NCBI GenBank assembly: GCA_963714375.1
Contig: CAVQOG010000002.1
Location: forward strand, 133,611 to 197,610
Origin: an uncultured Acidimicrobiia bacterium
Lineage (GTDB): Bacteria > Actinomycetota > Acidimicrobiia > Spongiisociales > UBA5794
Length of the DNA stretch: 64,000 nucleotides
Reading direction: 5' to 3'
The notes under the pieces are model-generated. The model was not told where the DNA came from, did not search any database, and saw only the letters and a program-made list of their open reading frames with translations. The position numbers were made by a program, and so were the translations under genes. Of this stretch, positions 37,635-48,272 are shown one piece after another. Each line of letters opens with the position of its first letter. Within the stretch, counting starts at the first letter, position 1.

Positions 37635-38294
37635 ATGGCCGAGTCAATCCGCGACCGACAGAATCAGCTCACGCAGGACGCCGTGGTCCTCGCACTTGCC
37701 GAACACGTCGCTCAGACCCAATCCTTCGACTTCACGATCGCCGAGATCGCAGCCAGAGCTGGAGTGTCACCGCGTACGGTCTACAACCATTTCGGTGATC
37801 GACAGGGACTCATCGAAGCCCTCGCCGAGCACGCCGGAAAGGAAATGGATCGACACGGAGGGACAGACCTTCCGTCGACACTCCACGCGCTCCCCGGACT
37901 CGTAGATGTCAACTTCCGCGCCATGGAGGCCGTCCCGGAACTCGCCGAAGCGTTCTCGCGGCTCGATGCCGCCAGCCATCCGTCACGTGGCAGAACCAGA
38001 CGCACGGAGCTCATCCTCGACCTGATACAGGACGCCTGTCCCGACCTGGAGCAACGACACTCCGCCACGATCGCGGTGATGGTTCACCAGATGGCAAGCT
38101 CGAGCATGTGGTATCTCCTGACGCGTGAACGCGGTCTCACGACCGAGGATGCTGCGACCGTGTGCGCATGGACGATGCGCCTCCAGGTCGAGGCACTTGA
38201 CAGCGGTGATCTCCCCCGATTCTTACCACCCGAGTCGGACGACAGCCGCGACCGTTTCTCTCCCTCCGCCGACCGCGCCCGGATGGACGCGTGA
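37635..38294 (+). CDS. TetR family regulator
   Basis: FTIAEIAARAGVSPRTVYNHFGDRQGL. Confidence 0.88.
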   Translation: MAESIRDRQNQLTQDAVVLALAEHVAQTQSFDFTIAEIAARAGVSPRTVYNHFGDRQGLIEALAEHAGKEMDRHGGTDLPSTLHALPGLVDVNFRAMEAVPELAEAFSRLDAASHPSRGRTRRTELILDLIQDACPDLEQRHSATIAVMVHQMASSSMWYLLTRERGLTTEDAATVCAWTMRLQVEALDSGDLPRFLPPESDDSRDRFSPSADRARMDA

Positions 38295-38360
38295 GGCCGC
38301 CCAACAGATGCCCTGCTGCTCCGCTCGCGACACAGCTGGCGCGGTGGCCGATGGGGTCTC

Positions 38361-39581
38361 CTACCGCCGATAGAGGGTTCCGATTCGGCGCCACATCTCG
38401 GTGACGAGTTTCTCGGACGTGCGTGGGTCGTAGCCGATCTCGCTGATCGCGTTGGTCGTGCTTGACATACGCTCGGCGAGATCCCCCAAGCGACGATACG
38501 TGAGAGGCGGTGGGATACCGAATCGCTCTCCGAACACAGCGAAATACTCGGCCCGGAAGTTGGAGTCGCGACCGTCGAGGTCGAGTGCCATGCGCTGATC
38601 GAGGGGATAGGGCAGCGTCGACATGATGTCGTACACCGGTGTCGGGGTGACGAGGCCGTCGAGGCGCCATTGCAGCGACCAGTTCTTCGCATGGAGATCG
38701 CCGTTCCCAATCGCCCAGCTGAAAGCTACTTGCAGAATCAAATCGAGCACCACTGACTTGGGCGATGTGGCCAGCTCAACCGCACGAGCCGCCAAATCAT
38801 TGATCGTCACTCGATATTTGTCTGCTGGATAGCGGTTCAGGATCTGGCAACCGTCCTCTTGCCCTATCCGCACCACGCCACCTCGGTCGTTGATGGCACG
38901 GTCGAATCGCTCGATGAGGAGACCCGGCTGGCCGTTGGCGTCCTTGATTAGCTCGTGATTCGGCACGAGGAATCCGACGGACTTCGCAACGCCAAGGAAG
39001 AAATGCTCGTTGGATGTCAAGAGGGGAAATGCAGGGGGGTCAAGCTTCAGGATGGCTGGCCGGGTTCTTCCCTTTATGGGAAACGAGATCATCGCATCAG
39101 ACATCTTCTCCTGAACACCCGGGATCGCTCGGTCGAGCTGTCCGGGGATGGCGCCGACTGCTCTCGCAAGCAAGTCAGCAAAGACGACGTCGGTCGGGTT
39201 CGACGGCAGTTCCACCGACCTCCACTCGTCGGGGTTCTCATCCTCTGGCACGATGGTCACGTCTCCAACGGCATCGCTGCCGACGGCGAGAAGCAACGAC
39301 AGCTCATCGTCGGCGGAGGTGCGGACCGCATCGATCACTGCCTGGAGCCGGGCCCCTTCCGGCAGCAGTCCCGCAAAAAATGGCGGCACGGCACCTCCCT
39401 CGCGCCGGTACGGAGCCGCCTGGACCGGGAGTGACGAGGCAACGGCCTCGCCTCCGGAGGCGACATATTCGTCCCCGTAGACAAACCTGGTTCCCCCATC
39501 GCGACGAGTGATCTGCCCGGCGAGGCATCCCCCCTTGTAGACGTCGGCTACCTCGACTCGTGTCGCATCGGACGGATTCAT
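38361..39581 (-). CDS. HipA-family kinase toxin
   Basis: N-terminal coupling domain (F.Y...Y...SLP...PPFFAGLLPEG); PGVQEK; LLIERFDR; QEDGCQ; GNGDLHAKNWS; PVYD. Confidence 0.92.
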   Translation of the reverse strand: MNPSDATRVEVADVYKGGCLAGQITRRDGGTRFVYGDEYVASGGEAVASSLPVQAAPYRREGGAVPPFFAGLLPEGARLQAVIDAVRTSADDELSLLLAVGSDAVGDVTIVPEDENPDEWRSVELPSNPTDVVFADLLARAVGAIPGQLDRAIPGVQEKMSDAMISFPIKGRTRPAILKLDPPAFPLLTSNEHFFLGVAKSVGFLVPNHELIKDANGQPGLLIERFDRAINDRGGVVRIGQEDGCQILNRYPADKYRVTINDLAARAVELATSPKSVVLDLILQVAFSWAIGNGDLHAKNWSLQWRLDGLVTPTPVYDIMSTLPYPLDQRMALDLDGRDSNFRAEYFAVFGERFGIPPPLTYRRLGDLAERMSSTTNAISEIGYDPRTSEKLVTEMWRRIGTLYRR

Positions 39582-39790
39582 CGCAGCACGTCACCGAGCA
39601 CCGCGAAGCCAAGCGTGTGGGCCACCGCAATGGCTGTTCCGAACGAGACCGTCGGGTCACCGCTCTCGAGACGACCGACGGTCTGCCGGGTCACTCCGAC
39701 CAGGTCGGCAACATCACGCTGGGTGAGGCGAAGCGACTTCCGCCTCGCCCTGATCGCTGAACCAAAAGCTACAAGTGGAAAGTTCGCCAT
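39578..39790 (-). CDS. HipB-like XRE HTH antitoxin
   Basis: IRARRKSLRLTQRDVADLVGVTRQTVGRLESG; overlaps the hipA start; start at 39790 or upstream. Confidence 0.88.
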   Translation of the reverse strand: MANFPLVAFGSAIRARRKSLRLTQRDVADLVGVTRQTVGRLESGDPTVSFGTAIAVAHTLGFAVLGDVLR

Positions 39791-39887
39791 ATCTAACATT
39801 CTTCCATTTTCAGCCACCAGAACGCTAATGTCAAGAACATATGTTCGGTATAGCGTCCATCGTCGAAGTTGGTCGTGGACACCCCGA

Positions 39888-42464
39888 TCAGGCGGGTTGG
39901 ATCGAACTGAACAGTTCAGCGAGCTCCGACCGACCGTTGAGCTCGAGTTGCCGGTACACCGAATGCAGATGGTTGTCCACCGTTCTGACGGAGATGAATA
40001 GCTTCTTCGCTATCTGGGGACTCGTGAGCCCCGCCTCCGCGTCGACAGCGATCTGGGCTTCCCTATCGGATACCAGAGTGGGCCGCATGGCAAGAGCGGG
40101 TGTCCGTGGCTCTTCGCATCTGAGTTCACATGCCTTCGACAACAACACCAGGCGGGCTGACTCCACGGGATCGGCCTCCAGTGTCAATGATGCTGCTTGA
40201 GCGAATGCCTCAGCTGCAAGAAGTGAGGCTCCCATGGACGCCAGGTTTGCGGCAGCCGATACAACGCCCTCGATCGGACCGGTAGTCAGGGAATCTACCT
40301 GGTGCCTCAGCGCATCGACCAGCCTTGCACCAGGCATCTCGGGGAGTGATCGCAGACGATCGACCACCCGGTCTGGGTGCCCCAAGCGCGCGGCATCGTG
40401 GAAACAGAGCGCCGCCCACGCGAAGTGTTCACGGTCGGCGGCGTTTTCGCCGGCCGCAACGAGAATCTCAACGGCCCGGTCGAGATCACCCTCGACAACG
40501 GCAGACCATGCGCGCCCACGGTTGACCCAGACCGAAAGTCTTGGAGCCGGAACCTCAAGCGCAACACCTTCGAGAGCGAGCCCAGCAGACGGGTCACCCA
40601 ACTGACCCAGACCCAATGAGATGACCCCTCGAGCCTGGAGCTCCAATCCGAACGGGTCGGCTTCAGTAAACAGATCGACAGCTCGCCGGGCGCATGCAAC
40701 CGTCGTCTTGTGCCGACCCGTCGGATCCAGCGCAGTGGACAAAGCGCTCAGCCATGTCGCTGCAAAGGCACCGCCACCAGCCGCATCCGGCCCTCGAGCT
40801 TCGCCGAGGGAGACGGCCTCGGCGAGCCTTCCCGCGCTGATCATGGTGCTCTCGTGCATGACCAGGATCTGATCTTCCGCAAAGGGAAGGACGGAATGGA
40901 CGGCAGCTGCGGTTGCTACCGCGTCGTCGATCATGCTCTCGAGGGCGTCGCAATCGCCGGTCATTGCTTGGGCAACCGTGAGCGTCACATAGGCAGCGGC
41001 GCGGGCGACATCATCCGCTGCTGGGTCGGCCAGAACACGCTCTGTTGTGGACCGCGCATCGACGAAGTCGCCCGAGATGGCAGCGACCATGGCGCGTTCG
41101 TTCAGGAGACGAGCCTTGAGCATCGGGCTCCCGGCCCGGTCCACGCCTTCGTTGATCACCGTCCTTGCCTCGTCGATCCTGACCAAACCGAACGCCAAGT
41201 TCTGTCCCCGAACCGATGCAAGCTCGCCAAGCAGATCGGGATCGCCAACGAAACTGCCGCTCAGTACCTCCTCCGCTTCCTCGAACCGTTGCTGATAGCT
41301 CAGCGATCGGCCAAGAATCACCGCAACCCTGGCGTCGTCCGTGTTCATGGTCCCGATCAAGCGCTCGGCGAGCCCCGGGTCGTGACGGATGAGCGCCTCG
41401 GTTGCCCCGGCAAGTGCGAGCTCCTGATCAATGATCTCACCGCAGTGGTGCTGCCACATCGCCACTTGTAGTGCGTCGCCGAGACGGCCTGCGTCGATGG
41501 CTGCCTTGACGAGCACACGGTTTGCACGTCGGAATCGATCGGCTCCGACGTTGGCAGTGAGGATCTCGCCGTACATCGGATGCGCAGGCAGCACCTTCGT
41601 GCCACCGGAAATCCCCGGCATCGTTCTGACCAGACCTCGGTTGTCGAGCTCTGCGAGTTCATCGGCGGCTGCCATCGACAGCGTTTCCAACGAAACCGGG
41701 GCACCGATGGCCACCAGTTCCATCGCCCAGCGCGTCGACTCCGGCAGGGTGGCGAGGCGAGAGTTGAGAAGATCGGCAAGTCGTGGTGAGGTGGCAACCG
41801 TCCCGGCCTGAACCCAGGTGCCGTCGGCGTTCCTCTCGATGGTCTTGCCGATCGCACCTTCGATCAGCTCGTGAACAAGCAGAGGGTTTCCCTGCGAGAG
41901 CCGCCACACCTCGTCGCCAAGTTCATCGTCGACAGGGCCGAGCCGCGCATGGAGCATTGCTCGGGTTGCCTCACGGTCGAGTGGATCAAGATCGATCCTC
42001 TGCAGGACACCGTTCGTCCACATGTCGACCAAATCTGATGGCATTGTTTCGCCACTTCGGGCCGTGAGAACAACCGACGTCAAGCCATTGTTGACAGCGT
42101 TGATCAGAAGGGCCAGCGATCCTTCGTCGAGATTGTGGGCCTCATCGACAGCCAACACGAGACCCGTTGGTGCGGAACGGGCCTGGAGTGTCTCAAGAGC
42201 CCTCCCCACCATGACGAGCCTGTCCTGAGTGGGAACGCCGGGCAGCAACTCGACGAATGGAGCGAACGGTATCGAGCGGGTTGATTCGGCAGCAACAACC
42301 CGAATAACTGGCATGCCGGTGCTCTCTGCCTTGTCGCCCAACTCGTGAAGTAAGCGACTCTTGCCCACTCCGGCTGGACCGAGCAAAGCAACACCGGTAC
42401 CTGATTGGATCAGGTCCATGCACCGGCCCAGGTCAGACTCGCGTCCAGTCAATGGCCATTTCAC
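39888..42464 (-). CDS. LuxR-family STAND/AAA ATPase regulator (LAL type)
   Basis: WPLTGR, GPAGVGKS Walker A, VDEAH Walker B, GNPLL, helical repeats, C-terminal LTSPQIAKKLFISVRTVDNHL HTH; likely GTG start 42464. Confidence 0.9.
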   Translation of the reverse strand: MKWPLTGRESDLGRCMDLIQSGTGVALLGPAGVGKSRLLHELGDKAESTGMPVIRVVAAESTRSIPFAPFVELLPGVPTQDRLVMVGRALETLQARSAPTGLVLAVDEAHNLDEGSLALLINAVNNGLTSVVLTARSGETMPSDLVDMWTNGVLQRIDLDPLDREATRAMLHARLGPVDDELGDEVWRLSQGNPLLVHELIEGAIGKTIERNADGTWVQAGTVATSPRLADLLNSRLATLPESTRWAMELVAIGAPVSLETLSMAAADELAELDNRGLVRTMPGISGGTKVLPAHPMYGEILTANVGADRFRRANRVLVKAAIDAGRLGDALQVAMWQHHCGEIIDQELALAGATEALIRHDPGLAERLIGTMNTDDARVAVILGRSLSYQQRFEEAEEVLSGSFVGDPDLLGELASVRGQNLAFGLVRIDEARTVINEGVDRAGSPMLKARLLNERAMVAAISGDFVDARSTTERVLADPAADDVARAAAYVTLTVAQAMTGDCDALESMIDDAVATAAAVHSVLPFAEDQILVMHESTMISAGRLAEAVSLGEARGPDAAGGGAFAATWLSALSTALDPTGRHKTTVACARRAVDLFTEADPFGLELQARGVISLGLGQLGDPSAGLALEGVALEVPAPRLSVWVNRGRAWSAVVEGDLDRAVEILVAAGENAADREHFAWAALCFHDAARLGHPDRVVDRLRSLPEMPGARLVDALRHQVDSLTTGPIEGVVSAAANLASMGASLLAAEAFAQAASLTLEADPVESARLVLLSKACELRCEEPRTPALAMRPTLVSDREAQIAVDAEAGLTSPQIAKKLFISVRTVDNHLHSVYRQLELNGRSELAELFSSIQPA

Positions 42465-42541
42465 AGGTATGAAGCTACACAACCAAGAAGGAGCGCGCCG
42501 CTGCAGGCGAGTCTGACTGTAGATGTCTTCGAACATGGATA

Positions 42542-42569
42542 TGAGTAGGCAGGCCGGCACGAATGAGTA
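42542..42569 (+). promoter_or_regulatory. Direct-repeat operator TGAGTAGGC-N11-AATGAGTA (copy 1)
   Basis: Lies between the divergent LuxR-STAND gene and the giant surface protein; identical boxes and spacing at 49699-49726 (-). Confidence 0.65.
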
Positions 42570-42665
42570 ACGCCACGCGCGGTGCAAATGAATAGCGTGG
42601 GCAAAAAGGAACGAAACCCGCCCGAGATATGGGTTGCAACGGCGGTCAGCCCAGAGGAGAAAAGC

Positions 42666-45600
42666 GTGAGCAGGCCACGACGCCGACAATGGACCAAGGC
42701 TCGTTCAGGCGCGACCGTCGTCGCGTTCGCCGCTACTTCCGTGCTGTTCGGGATCCTGCCCGCGATCGCCGAACCCTTGGACACCAATTCGACTGCGGAC
42801 GTCCACATTCTCACCATTCCCGTGCCGGACATCATCACTGTTTTCGAAGGTGTCGAATACGTGATCCCTGCTCCGTACTTTGGAACAAAGATCGTCGGCA
42901 ATCGAGTGGTTCTTCAAGACGGACACGATCAGAGCAATGTTCTTCTCTGGCCCGGCATTGGGTACCCACAGCCGATCGATGGTGTCCTTCCCAGTGGTTT
43001 GACCTCTATCTACGCCGTCGACATGAACTCAGCGGGCACAGCCACTGGGAGCTATACCGTCGACGGCGAGATACGGGGGTATGTCTGGTCCGAAAGCGGA
43101 TTCATGGATCTCGAGCCGCCAACGCCGTTCGGTCCTCCCGTCAGTGTCACCGGTATTGCCGAAACGGGGTGGGTCACAGGCACGGTCGCGGCTGAACTTG
43201 GATTCTGCACGCCCACAGGCACGCAGTGCGGTTTTGTCGCCAGCCCGAACCCTTCCGGAGGATACGACTTCAATGTCTTCCCAGAACCATTTCGCCCAAA
43301 CGGCATCGAATACGCAAGCGTCGATGGAGCCCCGTTCGAGCACGTCGTTGTGGGTGCCGAGGGGTCGGTGTGGACCGAAAGCAGCGGATTTGGCTCGCTG
43401 GATAATGGCGGTCTAACCGATGTATCGGTTCAGGGTTTTGATATCAACCAGAAGGGCGAGATCGTTGGCGAGATTCGCGATTCCGTAGCAGGGTTCGATC
43501 ACGAGGCGGCCTACTGGGCGAATCCGACTTCTCCGCCGACGGTCATCGACACCGCCGCACTTCCGGACCACGACAACAGCGCTGCTACGTCGATCAATAG
43601 CTCCGGCACCGTCATTGGGGCCGGCACGGTCCTGGACACCGGCTACGCCAATGCGTTCTACTGGAATCCGGGCGATCCAGGTGCCACCGATCTCGGGCAC
43701 CTTTCCGACACCCTTCCTCACTCCAGGCCGGTGTCGATCAATGACACTGGCCAGATTCTCGGGGATTCAAGTGGTAGGGCAGTCATATGGGATCTGACAG
43801 GTAGCTACGAGATCAACTATCCACCTTCAATCGATCTATTCGAGCTGTCGGCAACACCCGTGGTTGAAGGACAGCTGCTGCAATACCTTCCCCATGCCAC
43901 CGATTTCGAAGGCGACGATCTTGAGTTCGAATGGCTCAATCTGCCCACAGGGGCGGTTGCCGATCCGCTGACGGGCGCGATCTCGTGGCAAACCCAAGAC
44001 GGCGACGCGGACACTTACACGCCCACCCTGGTCGTCACCGAGGTTGAGGAGCCTGCGAACTGGATGAGCGCGGTGGTCACGCTTCAGGTTGACGCTCTGC
44101 AATCCGGCGAGTTCTCATCAACCGGAATCAGAGTTCACTCCGTGCCGATGTTCCCATATCCAGGAGCCCCAGCGTGGGTTCCGGAGCACATCAATGACAG
44201 CGGATGGGTTGTCTTCGGGTCCCCACTCGATGCTGCGAACTCTTGGTGGGACGGTACGGGCTATCCGAATACCGACATCGGGTGCGGCAACTGCGACTCG
44301 TTCACCATCGAGGACATCAACAACAACAACTCGATGGCCGGAACATTCGTGGCGGGCGACGGATCCACACGCGGCTATGTGTGGACAGAAGGTGGCGGAT
44401 TCCGTGACATTGGTGAGCCGCCGAACTACGCAACCGGCGTCTTCGGCGGTGGCGAGATCGAAGTGCTGGGTATCGACGATGCGGGAAACGTTGCTGGCAC
44501 CTTCCCGTCCACAGCGTGGTGCCCGAATGACTATCGAGAGAACGGAATTCCACCAGCGCTCTGGGTTGAATGCATGTTCCTTGCCAGTCCCGCCATCGGT
44601 GAGTACAACTTCGAAGTACTCCCGTCGCTGACACCGACTCCGGGCGCCAATCCGGGACTCCTCTCGGGCGTGGTCGATACCGAAGGCGGCTTCGTGCTCG
44701 GAACCACATGGCGTTGGGGGCCGACCTCCGGCTACGAGCCGCTCAACACCACCGGAGGTGTCGGGGCACTGGCGTTTGACATGAACCCATCGGGGGAAAT
44801 CGCCGGTCGGCTTGATCTCAACGACCAGGACCTGACGGCCGCACCTGTCTACTGGCAAACTCCTGCTACGGCTCCGGAGCAGGCACTGATGGCTGGGGAC
44901 ACCAACGGGTTGGCCAGTGGCATCAATGACGCAGGCTGGATCGTTGGATACAGTGAGCCCACCCGCTTGTCTTTCGATGCCATGGCCATCTTGTTCAGGC
45001 CCGCTGGCGACGAGCTGATCGATCTAGGACGGGTCGGGTCGACGCAATCGTTCGCGGTCGACATCAACAACAACGGTCTGGTTGTCGGGGTAGCCGCCGG
45101 CCAAGCTGCCATCTGGGACCTCGACGACGACTACTCAATCAACTACCCACCCGAGGTCATCAACCCGAACAACTTCAGAGCAGAGGCGAATGCCGGTCAA
45201 GAGCTGAAATACAGCCCAACCATCGTCGATCCCGAGGGCGATCCCTTCGACATCACCTACGCCGATTTGCCATCAGAAGCGGTGCCGTGGGGCTCAAGTG
45301 GAGTCGAATGGCAAACGTCGCCGGGCGACGAAGGCGTGTACGAGGTGACGTTGACCGTCGAGCAGAATGGTGAGGACGTCTTCTCGGTACCGGTGACGTT
45401 GGCGGTGTACGGAGCGGGCGGGGAGCCTCCGGTGGAATTCTCTGGTGTTGTCTGGGACGATTTCGATGGCGACGGCCTGTTCGGTCCATTGGAGTCGCCG
45501 ATGCGCGGAGCACTCGTCTATCTCGATCTGAACAACGACCTGGACTTCGACATCAACGACGAACCGTTCACTACGTCTGATGTCGACGGCACGTACTACA

Positions 45601-46655
45601 TCGGTACCGATGCCGACAGCGAAGTAGTGCTGCGCCAAGAGGCACGCCCCGGCTACAGCCAGGTTTCGCCTCCAGGTGGCTATGTTCTTGATCCACGAGA
45701 CGGCAGCGCATCCGATCTGGACTTCGGAAATCAACCCGATCCCCAAGGCGATTTGGACTTCGATGGGATCGCAAACTCGGTGGACGCCACAAGCAGCCCT
45801 CTGGCGTATCTGCACCAGTCTCAGTCCCGGTTCTTCGACGACTCAGTGCTGGGAGGCGGGAACACGTCCGGAAGAATCCTCGACCCGGGCCTGGTGATCG
45901 TCACCGTAGGCGACCATCCGAACCCGTTGCTTGGTGTTCTGATAGCGACTCTCGGACCCGCCAACGAGACCGCGAGATTGGAACAATGTGGATTCACATC
46001 CCTGGTGTGGGGAGGCACCACGGTTGGGATCACATGCGGCTCATTGCACCTGGACGTAGGCGAAGGTCGGGTCACGACCTTCACATCTGGTGGCGCCGAG
46101 GTTGACGTTGGTGCCGGCAGTTCCGTCGTTCTGGACGATGATGGAACCACCGTGACGATCGAGGTCGTGACCGGAACAGCGACAGTTACAACGGGTGACG
46201 ATATTTTCGAGGTCTCGGAAGGTGAAACCCTGGTGGTCTCTGGCGCCCTGGTCGACGCCGATGGTGACGGCCTAACCGACGCGGAGGAAGCTCTCACCGG
46301 CACCGACCCGACCAATCCCGATACTGACGGTGACGGGGTCATCGACGGTCTTGACGCCAGCTGGCTCCTCTCCTTCCTCGGTGACCTTCCCAACAACCAC
46401 TTCAAGCAACGGTGGTACCGCGGGTTGATGAAACTCACAATCGGCGGAGCCGCTCTCGCTGTGTACTTCGGAAACGGAGGAACGGCGTTGGCCGTGGCCA
46501 AGAGCCTCCACAAGCGGATAGACGGGTGCGGCACATCGGCCGATGGGAATGATTGGATCGTCGACTGTGACTCACAAGCCGCTTTCCGCGAGCTTCTGTC
46601 TCTCTACGAGCGTGGAGTCGCGACACTCCCGTTGCCGAACCCATTCCCCTGGTGA
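42666..46655 (+). CDS. Giant secreted repeat protein: 2x(HAF-like propeller + Ig/cadherin-like), SdrD-B-like domain, Ca-binding TSP3-like repeats
   Basis: AGGAG RBS + GTG 42666; signal peptide; repeated (A/F)xDINxxGxxxG and DLG units; two ...IWDL...Y.INYPP junctions; SGVVWDDFDGDG...DFGN; DADGDGLTDAEE...TDPTNPDTDGDG. Confidence 0.8.
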   Translation: MSRPRRRQWTKARSGATVVAFAATSVLFGILPAIAEPLDTNSTADVHILTIPVPDIITVFEGVEYVIPAPYFGTKIVGNRVVLQDGHDQSNVLLWPGIGYPQPIDGVLPSGLTSIYAVDMNSAGTATGSYTVDGEIRGYVWSESGFMDLEPPTPFGPPVSVTGIAETGWVTGTVAAELGFCTPTGTQCGFVASPNPSGGYDFNVFPEPFRPNGIEYASVDGAPFEHVVVGAEGSVWTESSGFGSLDNGGLTDVSVQGFDINQKGEIVGEIRDSVAGFDHEAAYWANPTSPPTVIDTAALPDHDNSAATSINSSGTVIGAGTVLDTGYANAFYWNPGDPGATDLGHLSDTLPHSRPVSINDTGQILGDSSGRAVIWDLTGSYEINYPPSIDLFELSATPVVEGQLLQYLPHATDFEGDDLEFEWLNLPTGAVADPLTGAISWQTQDGDADTYTPTLVVTEVEEPANWMSAVVTLQVDALQSGEFSSTGIRVHSVPMFPYPGAPAWVPEHINDSGWVVFGSPLDAANSWWDGTGYPNTDIGCGNCDSFTIEDINNNNSMAGTFVAGDGSTRGYVWTEGGGFRDIGEPPNYATGVFGGGEIEVLGIDDAGNVAGTFPSTAWCPNDYRENGIPPALWVECMFLASPAIGEYNFEVLPSLTPTPGANPGLLSGVVDTEGGFVLGTTWRWGPTSGYEPLNTTGGVGALAFDMNPSGEIAGRLDLNDQDLTAAPVYWQTPATAPEQALMAGDTNGLASGINDAGWIVGYSEPTRLSFDAMAILFRPAGDELIDLGRVGSTQSFAVDINNNGLVVGVAAGQAAIWDLDDDYSINYPPEVINPNNFRAEANAGQELKYSPTIVDPEGDPFDITYADLPSEAVPWGSSGVEWQTSPGDEGVYEVTLTVEQNGEDVFSVPVTLAVYGAGGEPPVEFSGVVWDDFDGDGLFGPLESPMRGALVYLDLNNDLDFDINDEPFTTSDVDGTYYIGTDADSEVVLRQEARPGYSQVSPPGGYVLDPRDGSASDLDFGNQPDPQGDLDFDGIANSVDATSSPLAYLHQSQSRFFDDSVLGGGNTSGRILDPGLVIVTVGDHPNPLLGVLIATLGPANETARLEQCGFTSLVWGGTTVGITCGSLHLDVGEGRVTTFTSGGAEVDVGAGSSVVLDDDGTTVTIEVVTGTATVTTGDDIFEVSEGETLVVSGALVDADGDGLTDAEEALTGTDPTNPDTDGDGVIDGLDASWLLSFLGDLPNNHFKQRWYRGLMKLTIGGAALAVYFGNGGTALAVAKSLHKRIDGCGTSADGNDWIVDCDSQAAFRELLSLYERGVATLPLPNPFPW

Positions 46656-46779
46656 TGTCAGGGCTGCCAACGTCGAGTTGACCGCTGAACGATTCCGAGC
46701 CGATAGAGCGCGACCTACACGGGCGATCGCGAACCCACGAGAGACACCGACGCGACGGCCACAGCGACCCGAACCGGCA

Positions 46780-47256
46780 TTATCCGTTGGTGCCAGACGA
46801 TGGTTCCAGGATCACGAGGGCGGGCTCAGTTGACCGGAGCGCGGCGTAGGCATCCAAATCCGTGTCGATCTCTCGCCACCGGGACCACAGCCGCGATCGT
46901 TCCTCCCCCTCCGCTGCCCGTGCCCTGACGGCACGTCGGCCACCGGGGAGATCGACGCTGGCCTCGGGTTGAGCCTGAAGATTGAGCCACCACGCAGGCT
47001 CGGGGTCTGCCCAACCGTTCATCGCCATCGTCACCACATTCGGACCGTCATCGAAATAGGCGAGAATCACACTTCGCTCCTGACCAGATCGACGGCCCGT
47101 TGTGGTAAGCCGCATCATTCCCCAACGGTTGGCTTTCGGTCGTCTCAATCCCACATGCCCACGGGTCAGCCGGTAGAGGCCTCGATGCGTGAACCATGCA
47201 GCACGGACAAACCACCGCGGGGGAAGCCGCGCCTTCTTCTTACGGTCTCGTGACAT
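46780..47256 (-). CDS. Deazaflavin (F420)-dependent nitroreductase family protein
   Basis: LTTTGRRSGQ.R..IL...MAMNGW...PAWWLNL.A.P...RAR.A.GEER..LW. Confidence 0.9.
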   Translation of the reverse strand: MSRDRKKKARLPPRWFVRAAWFTHRGLYRLTRGHVGLRRPKANRWGMMRLTTTGRRSGQERSVILAYFDDGPNVVTMAMNGWADPEPAWWLNLQAQPEASVDLPGGRRAVRARAAEGEERSRLWSRWREIDTDLDAYAALRSTEPALVILEPSSGTNG

Positions 47257-47433
47257 GAACCCATCCTACGTGCCGACACTCAACAGGGTGCCTGTCGTGG
47301 CGTCGGCCAGCCACGGACACCAATCATCACCCGTAGGCGGCGGCGCGTTGGGAGGCAGCAGAATGGAACAACGAGCAGCCGCCAACGAAAGTCCCTGAAC
47401 CGAACTCGTTGACTCGAGACCTGACGCATCGTA

Positions 47434-47459
47434 TCCTTACCTATATCCGAAGGTAAGGA
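47434..47459. promoter_or_regulatory. Toxin-antitoxin autorepression operator
   Basis: Perfect inverted repeat TCCTTACCT-N8-AGGTAAGGA overlapping the antitoxin RBS. Confidence 0.7.
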
Positions 47460-47466
47460 GCTGTCC

Positions 47467-47715
47467 ATGGACATCGCTGCCAAGGTCACATCAAAAGGAC
47501 AGATCACAATCCCGAAGGAAGTTCGGGATGCGCTCGGCATCGGCAAGGGTGACCAAGTTGTGTTTCGAGTCGAGCAGCACCGCGCTGTCATCGCTCGAAC
47601 ACCCAACCTCCTCGATCTCGCTGGCACCGTAGGGGTGCCACCAGCCAAGCGTGGGGTGCCGTGGGACGCTGTACGTGACGCAACCCGCGAGGCTCGCACG
47701 AAGGCTCGGCGTTGA
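47467..47715 (+). CDS. AbrB/MazE/SpoVT-family antitoxin
   Basis: KVTSKGQITIPKEVRDALGIGKGDQVVF. Confidence 0.92.
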   Translation: MDIAAKVTSKGQITIPKEVRDALGIGKGDQVVFRVEQHRAVIARTPNLLDLAGTVGVPPAKRGVPWDAVRDATREARTKARR

Positions 47716-48104
47716 CGGCCTTCGTCGATACGAACATACTGATTCGGCATCTCACCGGGGATCCACCCGATCTGGCAGCACGCGCAACAGCCTTCCTCAG
47801 TCGAGCAGACGAGTTACTCCTCCCGGATCTAATCGTCGCAGAGATGGTGTATGTCCTTGAGTCCTACTACGAGGTGCCTCCCGAGAAGGTCGCTCGCTTG
47901 GCACAATCAGTGATCGCATTCGATGCAATACGTACGTTGGATGCAGCGCTGCTCATGAGGTCGCTCGATGTGTACGTGAACCACCGAATCGATTTCGCCG
48001 AGGCATACCTTGTGGCGTCCGCTGAGTTGGCGGGAGTCACCGACATCGCATCGTTCGACCGCAGCATCGACAGGGTACACACCATCAACCGGATCGAACC
48101 CTGA
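47712..48104 (+). CDS. PIN-domain VapC-type toxin
   Basis: FVDTNILIR, E.VYVL, DFAEA, SFDR; overlaps the antitoxin stop. Confidence 0.9.
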   Translation: MTAFVDTNILIRHLTGDPPDLAARATAFLSRADELLLPDLIVAEMVYVLESYYEVPPEKVARLAQSVIAFDAIRTLDAALLMRSLDVYVNHRIDFAEAYLVASAELAGVTDIASFDRSIDRVHTINRIEP

Positions 48105-48272
48105 CGACTCACTACTCGTTCGTTGTGCCACAAGAGGAGAATGCCCGCTCTTCCGGTTGCTACTCACCCCATAGGGGGAAGGCGGCCCGGCGACCTCGAA
48201 TCGCAAAGCGATTGAGAAACTTGTCGGATCGTGTCCGTCATATCGATGTCGTAGAACGCCCGGCGGACCTAC

